This document shows, piece by piece, positions 59,289-64,000 of a stretch of DNA of 64,000 nucleotides. The notes below the pieces were generated by a model. It had not been told where the DNA came from, did no database searches, and saw nothing but the letters and a program-made list of their open reading frames with translations. The DNA is taken from the NCBI GenBank assembly GCA_016180845.1, contig JACPAK010000001.1, positions 225,707-289,706 on the forward strand, written 5' to 3'. The position numbers and the translations under genes were made by a program. This DNA is from Deltaproteobacteria bacterium (lineage in GTDB: Bacteria; UBA10199; JACPAL01). Position 1 is the first letter of the stretch, and each line of letters starts with the position of its first letter.

Positions 59289-60713
59289 ATGTCTTTTTTA
59301 TCGAATTGGAGGCGGTTTTTTGTCATTCTTTTAGTCATCAGTGCCTTGCCTGTTAACTATCTTTACAGCCAAGAGACCCTCCCCTTTATCTTCCACTACG
59401 CCTCTGAAATTTCTACGATCGGCGAGCCTCCTCCCTATGAAGGGGCTGCGCCGATCAGAAGCAGCTCGGAATCGCTTCAAAATTATTTTACGCTCGAGAT
59501 CGATTCCCAACAGGTCGAGGCGATGCTTCAAAGGTTTCAGGGAGATCCTTCCATCCTCCAGTTCGAACCCAATTATCCGATTGAAAGTTCCTCGCTTCCT
59601 GCTGATCCCTTATTCCTGCGGTGGGAAAGCTTCTACAACTATGACCTCATGGAGATGGATCAGGCGTGGGAACTCTCAAACAGTTGCGAAGAGGTTCTTG
59701 TTGCTGTTTTGGATTCAGGAATCGAGCAAGATCATCCGGATCTCATAGAAACGATCTGGCACAATCCGAACGAGATCGCCGATAACGGACGTGATGACGA
59801 TGACAACGGATACATCGATGACGTCCAAGGGTATGACTTTTACAGCGATGACGCTGATCCAAACGATCTCACAGGACATGGGACAGAGGTCTCCGGAATC
59901 ATCGGTGCTGTTGCGGGCAATGACACCGGCCTCTCCGGAATTTGCTGGAAGGCGCAGATCCTCCCTCTGAAGATCTTTGGGAAAAATGGTGAAGGCCCCC
60001 TCTCAGCGGCGCTCGAGGCGATCGACTATGCAATCGCACGCAAGGTTCGGATCATTAATATGAGCTGGGCCCTCAAGTCAGGGGGACGAAGCGAAATCCT
60101 CGAGAAGGTAATCAAAAAAGGAAAAGAGAAGGGGATTTTTTTTGTCACCGCCGCCGGCAATGACGGTAAAAATCTGGATCAGGATCCTGTCTATCCGGCC
60201 AGCTATGACCTGCCGAATCTGATTGCTGTCGCCGCCCATGATGAGGAGGGTCGACTTGCCGATTTTTCAAATTATGGAAACTCCTCCGTCCTGATCGCTG
60301 CCCCTGGTGTGGATGTCCTCACGACAGGTCTTGGGAATCGTTATGTCAAATTCAGTGGGACAAGCGCCGCCACACCGCATGCGAGTGGTGTTGCCGCGTT
60401 ACTACTGGCCCTCAACCCGAACCTCTCTCCCTCAAGATTGAAAACCCTTTTTCTCGATCAGGCACTGCCAGAGGAAAACCTCTCCGGACAGATCCACTCC
60501 GGTGGCCGATTGAGTGCCTTGAAGCTTCTTCAGGCCTTGAACGTCGATTCCGATTCTCAAGAGGAAGGATTGCTTTCTGCCGATCCTGCCAATGAAGAGG
60601 ATGATGATAATAACCCCCCGGACACCCTTGCTGCCGGGGGTGGGGGAGGGTGCTCGCTGGTTCATGCGAAAACAAGAAATGTTTCAGCCCCCTCTCCCCA
60701 ACTTGATGTTTGA
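59289..60713 (+). CDS. Secreted subtilisin-like serine protease (peptidase S8)
   Basis: Signal peptide and a D/H/S triad in VAVLDSG, HGTEVSG and GTSAATPHASG. Pro-domain-like N-terminus. Confidence 0.8.
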   Translation: MSFLSNWRRFFVILLVISALPVNYLYSQETLPFIFHYASEISTIGEPPPYEGAAPIRSSSESLQNYFTLEIDSQQVEAMLQRFQGDPSILQFEPNYPIESSSLPADPLFLRWESFYNYDLMEMDQAWELSNSCEEVLVAVLDSGIEQDHPDLIETIWHNPNEIADNGRDDDDNGYIDDVQGYDFYSDDADPNDLTGHGTEVSGIIGAVAGNDTGLSGICWKAQILPLKIFGKNGEGPLSAALEAIDYAIARKVRIINMSWALKSGGRSEILEKVIKKGKEKGIFFVTAAGNDGKNLDQDPVYPASYDLPNLIAVAAHDEEGRLADFSNYGNSSVLIAAPGVDVLTTGLGNRYVKFSGTSAATPHASGVAALLLALNPNLSPSRLKTLFLDQALPEENLSGQIHSGGRLSALKLLQALNVDSDSQEEGLLSADPANEEDDDNNPPDTLAAGGGGGCSLVHAKTRNVSAPSPQLDV

Positions 60714-60864
60714 TATCCCCAGTTTTGAGGGCGGAGAGATTGCCTCATTCCGATGAATCATGAATAAAACCATATGGAATTCAGTAACTTGCTGGAAATG
60801 CCTCGTCTTGTTTTTGGTCTGGTCACGATCTTGCAGAATCTCTAGCCAACCGTAAGGAGGCGCC

Positions 60865-61446
60865 ATGAAAATATTGATTGGGATATTATCGATTCTATTA
60901 GTAACCACCTCTATCCAGATCGCCTATGGTGATCATGGTGGTGGCATAGAGCTAGAGAGTGATCGATTCGACTCGGATACCGATACGGATGGTCTCGTGG
61001 ATGATGCCGATCGATCTTCGCCCCTCGATTCAATCGATGAAAGATCATTAATGGAATATATAACGAGTTGTGAGTATCGTGCCTGGATCACGAGGCAGTT
61101 TTGTGAGGCGAATCATGCCATCTTGTTAGCCAAGGATCCTAATTACTGCAACCGAAGGGCAGAAAGAGTTTTGGATCGATGCCAAGGGAATCGTGACGCG
61201 CCATATGACTCTGATTTTGATGAGGATCGTTATTCAGAGGGTGACACCGATCATGATGGACTGGTGGATGGATCGAATGGGCTCAATGGTGAAGGGATTG
61301 CTGTTGGACTCTACCATTGCGAGCAGGATGCACATCGCCGACACAAACTTTGTCTGTTGCGAAGTGGTGATCGGGGGAGTTGCAACCGACGTCTTGCCTT
61401 GCAGTTAGATGGCTGCCGGGCTCGTCGAGCCGGACGATTCGATTAA
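60865..61446 (+). CDS. Secreted Cys-rich protein with two thrombospondin-type-3-like Ca-binding motifs
   Basis: Signal peptide. DTDTDGLVDD and DTDHDGLVDG motifs. 8 Cys. Confidence 0.45.
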   Translation: MKILIGILSILLVTTSIQIAYGDHGGGIELESDRFDSDTDTDGLVDDADRSSPLDSIDERSLMEYITSCEYRAWITRQFCEANHAILLAKDPNYCNRRAERVLDRCQGNRDAPYDSDFDEDRYSEGDTDHDGLVDGSNGLNGEGIAVGLYHCEQDAHRRHKLCLLRSGDRGSCNRRLALQLDGCRARRAGRFD

Positions 61447-61538
61447 TTTTAGCTGCGAAGGGGGAAGAGGGTGTTAGCTAGTTCCTGCGAAGTCGTAGAC
61501 AATCCTATCTCAACAGGTTAATAAAAAACCACGTTTTC

Positions 61539-61629
61539 GGAAGGGTGGCCGAGTGGTTGAAGGCGGCGGTTTGCTAAACCGTTATACGGGTGAAAACCTG
61601 TATCGAGGGTTCGAATCCCTCCCCTTCCG
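61539..61629 (+). tRNA. tRNA-Ser (anticodon GCT)
   Basis: 91-nt cloverleaf with a long variable arm. Anticodon loop UUGCUAA. T-loop UUCGAAU. Acceptor GGAAGGG/CCCUUCC. Confidence 0.85.
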
Positions 61630-61637
61630 CAATCTTT

Positions 61638-62306
61638 TTATTTCACATCAAATCTCAAAACTGGCCACCCACGCTCCTTTGCGATTTTTTCCAGATCCTT
61701 GTGGGGATTGACAGCACAAGGGTACTTCACCTTTTCGAGAAGCTTCAAATCAGTTATATCGTTAGAATAAAAAGTGCATGCCGAGAGAGGAATATTGTAC
61801 TTGCGGCAGCTCTCCTCGGCATAGTGAAGCTTGTCCTCTCCGTAACAAAGTGGTAGCTGAAGTTCATTGATCAAGATTCCATTTTCAATCTTCGGTCCTG
61901 AGGCATGAAAACCATCGACGCCTAAATATTCGGAAAGCGGTTGGATCGTCATATAGGGGCCAGAGGTCAAGAGAATAACGACATCACCCGCTTCTTTATG
62001 CTGTCGAATCTGTTCGATCCCTTTTGAATAGAGCCGCGGTTTAATATCCTTCTCTAAACATTCACGCCCGATCTCAAAGGCATGTTCGAGCGTCATCCCG
62101 GCCATGTCAGCGATGGCGATCCGATAGATCTTATGGACATCCTGATGTGAAAAAAGATTGGCCAGAGAATAATAGATCGCTTGAAAAAGACGCCGTTTCT
62201 TCAAGATCCCGTGCCGGACCAGTCGAAGGGTCGTGTAATAACCCGAATTCCCATCGACCAATGTTTCATCGACATCAAAAAAGGCGATGGACTTCTTTGC
62301 CACCAT
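61638..62306 (-). CDS. HAD-superfamily hydrolase (subfamily IB, phosphoserine-phosphatase-like)
   Basis: FFDVDETL motif I. 222 aa. Confidence 0.65.
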   Translation of the reverse strand: MVAKKSIAFFDVDETLVDGNSGYYTTLRLVRHGILKKRRLFQAIYYSLANLFSHQDVHKIYRIAIADMAGMTLEHAFEIGRECLEKDIKPRLYSKGIEQIRQHKEAGDVVILLTSGPYMTIQPLSEYLGVDGFHASGPKIENGILINELQLPLCYGEDKLHYAEESCRKYNIPLSACTFYSNDITDLKLLEKVKYPCAVNPHKDLEKIAKERGWPVLRFDVK

Positions 62307-62504
62307 AGTTTCATTTATCAGGCCGGTCTCTCCATACTGCCTTCCTCGACACGCGTCGTTCGCCCTCTTTGGCCGGGCTCACGCGCTCCCTCTCGGCCAT
62401 CGCAGAATCATAGGCCATTGAGACGATGGCCTCCGAGAGGTCTCGTCGGTCAGCAGAAGAGACCGCCCTGTATAGAAAATCTATCAAGCCCCACCTGTCA
62501 ATAT

Positions 62505-63059
62505 TTAAGATGCTTTAGAATACTTTGAAAAAAGGAACCAACAGAAGAATGCCGCTGCCGACTTCAGAAGGTCACCGAAGAGGAAGGGATAAAGTCCCTT
62601 CGCCAAAGTCTCTTGCCAGGCACCCCCCAGAAACTGGTGGAGCCAAAAAATACCCGGGACAAAGAGAATCGTATGCGCGAGGAGAAAGAGAAAGAACTGG
62701 CCTATAGGATTCCGAAAGGAAAAAAATCCCAAGAGCGAGGCGGCGAGGACAAATCCCAGAAGATAACCACCCGTCGGTCCCAAGAGATAGGCAAATCCGG
62801 CCGACTGATTCGCAAAGAGTGGAAAACCGACAAATCCCAACAAGAGATACCACGCGATCATCTGCAACGAATAGTATCTCCGAAGATACGCGGCACCGAC
62901 TAACAGAAAAAAGGTCTGAAAGGTCATCGGAACCGGGGTGAAGGGGAGATAAATTTTAATATGGGCGCCGAGGCCGATCAGGAGGGCGAAGCCGAGGGCA
63001 AGGAGTGAGCGGGTCAGTGTGACTGAGCACGTGGAGTGAGAAATAGAAGAAACCTGCAT
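62505..63059 (-). CDS. bioY: Biotin transporter BioY (ECF S-component)
   Basis: LPFTPVPMTFQTFFLLVGAAYL… typical BioY sequence. 5-6 TM helices. Confidence 0.75.
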   Translation of the reverse strand: MQVSSISHSTCSVTLTRSLLALGFALLIGLGAHIKIYLPFTPVPMTFQTFFLLVGAAYLRRYYSLQMIAWYLLLGFVGFPLFANQSAGFAYLLGPTGGYLLGFVLAASLLGFFSFRNPIGQFFLFLLAHTILFVPGIFWLHQFLGGAWQETLAKGLYPFLFGDLLKSAAAFFCWFLFSKYSKAS

Positions 63060-63115
63060 GAGCCCTCTCTTATCTTTCTTGCTACAAATGTGTCAATTCC
63101 CTATAACTTCCCTCG

Positions 63116-64000
63116 ATGGCAAAGGAAGAAGCCCCGAAAAGAAAACCTCTCTGGCAAAACCGTTGGTTTTGGGTGATCACCCTTATTTTCTCGATGGGGC
63201 TTTATCTTTTCTATCTCGACCTCACGATCCGTGGAAAATTTGAGGCGCGGCGATGGAATCTCCCCTCTCGAGTCTATTCCGATGCCACGTATCTCTTCCC
63301 CGGACAGCGGATCTCTCCTGTTCGCGTCGAGGAAAAACTGAAACGGCTTGCCTACAAAAGGGTGAATCGGATGATCATGGATGTCGGCGAGTTTTATCGC
63401 CAGGGACGCGAACTTTTTGTTTTTTTGCATAATTTTTCGTACCCCTCCGAGGAGTTTACAGGATTCCCGGTGAGACTCGAGTTTGATTCAGATTCCCTGA
63501 GTGAAATTGTGAATCTCCAATCCAGCAAAGAACTGAAAACCCTGAAACTGGAACCAGAGCTGATCGCCTCGATCTTCGATGAAAAAATGGAGGATCGTAC
63601 CGTTATCACACTTTCAGAAATCCCTGAGGAATTGATCGCAGCGGTTATCGCGATCGAGGATGAGCGATTTTACTCCCATCATGGAGTCGACCCGCTCGCG
63701 ATCCTGCGCGCCCTTCTGACCGATATCCTGCATCTGAAACTGGTCCAGGGGGGGAGCACGCTAACCCAGCAACTGGTCAAAAATTATTTCCTCACCTCCA
63801 AAAAAAGCTTCGTTCGAAAATTCAATGAGATGTTGATGGCTGTTATTCTCGAGCAGCGATATTCCAAGGAGGAAATCATAGAGGCCTACCTCAATGAAAT
63901 CTATCTGGGGCAGAGAGGACCTGTCTCCGTCGCCGGTGTGGAGGAGGCCTCACGCCTCTATTTTTCAAAAAGGGTGAGTCAACTGACCCTCGGTGAGTCA
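63116..64000 (+). CDS. Class A penicillin-binding protein / peptidoglycan glycosyltransferase (GT51); N-terminal part, runs off the window
   Basis: Signal anchor, then transglycosylase motifs EDERFYSHHGVD and GGSTLTQQLVKN. No stop before the window end. Confidence 0.75.
   Translation, partial: MAKEEAPKRKPLWQNRWFWVITLIFSMGLYLFYLDLTIRGKFEARRWNLPSRVYSDATYLFPGQRISPVRVEEKLKRLAYKRVNRMIMDVGEFYRQGRELFVFLHNFSYPSEEFTGFPVRLEFDSDSLSEIVNLQSSKELKTLKLEPELIASIFDEKMEDRTVITLSEIPEELIAAVIAIEDERFYSHHGVDPLAILRALLTDILHLKLVQGGSTLTQQLVKNYFLTSKKSFVRKFNEMLMAVILEQRYSKEEIIEAYLNEIYLGQRGPVSVAGVEEASRLYFSKRVSQLTLGES

Noticed and set aside
60640-60713. C-terminal GGGGGCSLV… tail of the subtilase as a GlyGly-CTERM/PEP-CTERM sorting signal.
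   Set aside because: The tail has no following transmembrane helix or basic cluster, so it does not fit known sortase, rhombosortase or exosortase signals.

Overview
The window is a gene-dense, GC-rich bacterial chromosomal segment; its content suggests an anaerobic or microaerophilic lithoautotroph (Nitrospirota, NC10 or anammox-like), but the lineage cannot be determined from this sequence alone.

It begins with the 3-prime end of an NrfC/ActB-like Fe-S protein, an NrfD/ActC-like 10-helix membrane subunit and a tetra-domain cytochrome c. On the opposite strand sits a five-gene operon: a giant lipoprotein cytochrome of about 1184 aa and roughly 30 hemes with C-terminal Ig-like domains, an outer-membrane beta-barrel, heptaheme and diheme cytochromes c, and a small His-rich membrane protein. 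This is a candidate porin-cytochrome extracellular electron-transfer conduit.

Next come NfnAB/SudAB-like genes, a rubrerythrin-like protein and a three-gene 2-oxoacid:ferredoxin oxidoreductase (gamma-delta fusion, alpha, beta). A nicotinamidase-like hydrolase follows. An Rrf2 regulator is then transcribed divergently from a complete TAT-exported type II DMSO-reductase operon of periplasmic NxrA/NxrB type. That operon comprises alpha, a small unknown ORF, beta, a gamma subunit fused to a cytochrome c, a TorD chaperone, a hemerythrin and tatA. Immediately downstream are moeA, moaD, moaE, mobA, moaA and a moaC-mogA fusion, then a TSUP exporter, two radical SAM/SPASM genes (AhbD/AhbC-like) and tRNA-Pro(CGG).

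Downstream of the tRNA is a 935-aa orphan protein. It is followed by an unusual cluster of an M20 deacylase, an AstA-like arginine N-succinyltransferase, an amidinotransferase-superfamily hydrolase and a deoxyhypusine-synthase-like enzyme, preceded by a structured GC-rich leader. A HEPN/MNT toxin-antitoxin pair follows. Then come porin, amtB, glnK and glnA with a terminator, a DsbA-like lipoprotein and serS. Three large unannotatable proteins surround a GlpT-like MFS transporter. Beyond these lie manA, a Ser/Thr kinase, a DUF378 protein, a REC-GGDEF regulator, a secreted subtilase and a Cys-rich Ca-binding-like protein. The window ends with tRNA-Ser(GCT), a HAD hydrolase, bioY and the 5-prime end of a class A PBP.

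One recurrent oddity stands out: three different conserved enzymes (nfnB-like, M20 peptidase, manA) each carry an in-frame GC-rich imperfect-palindrome insertion encoding a low-complexity peptide.
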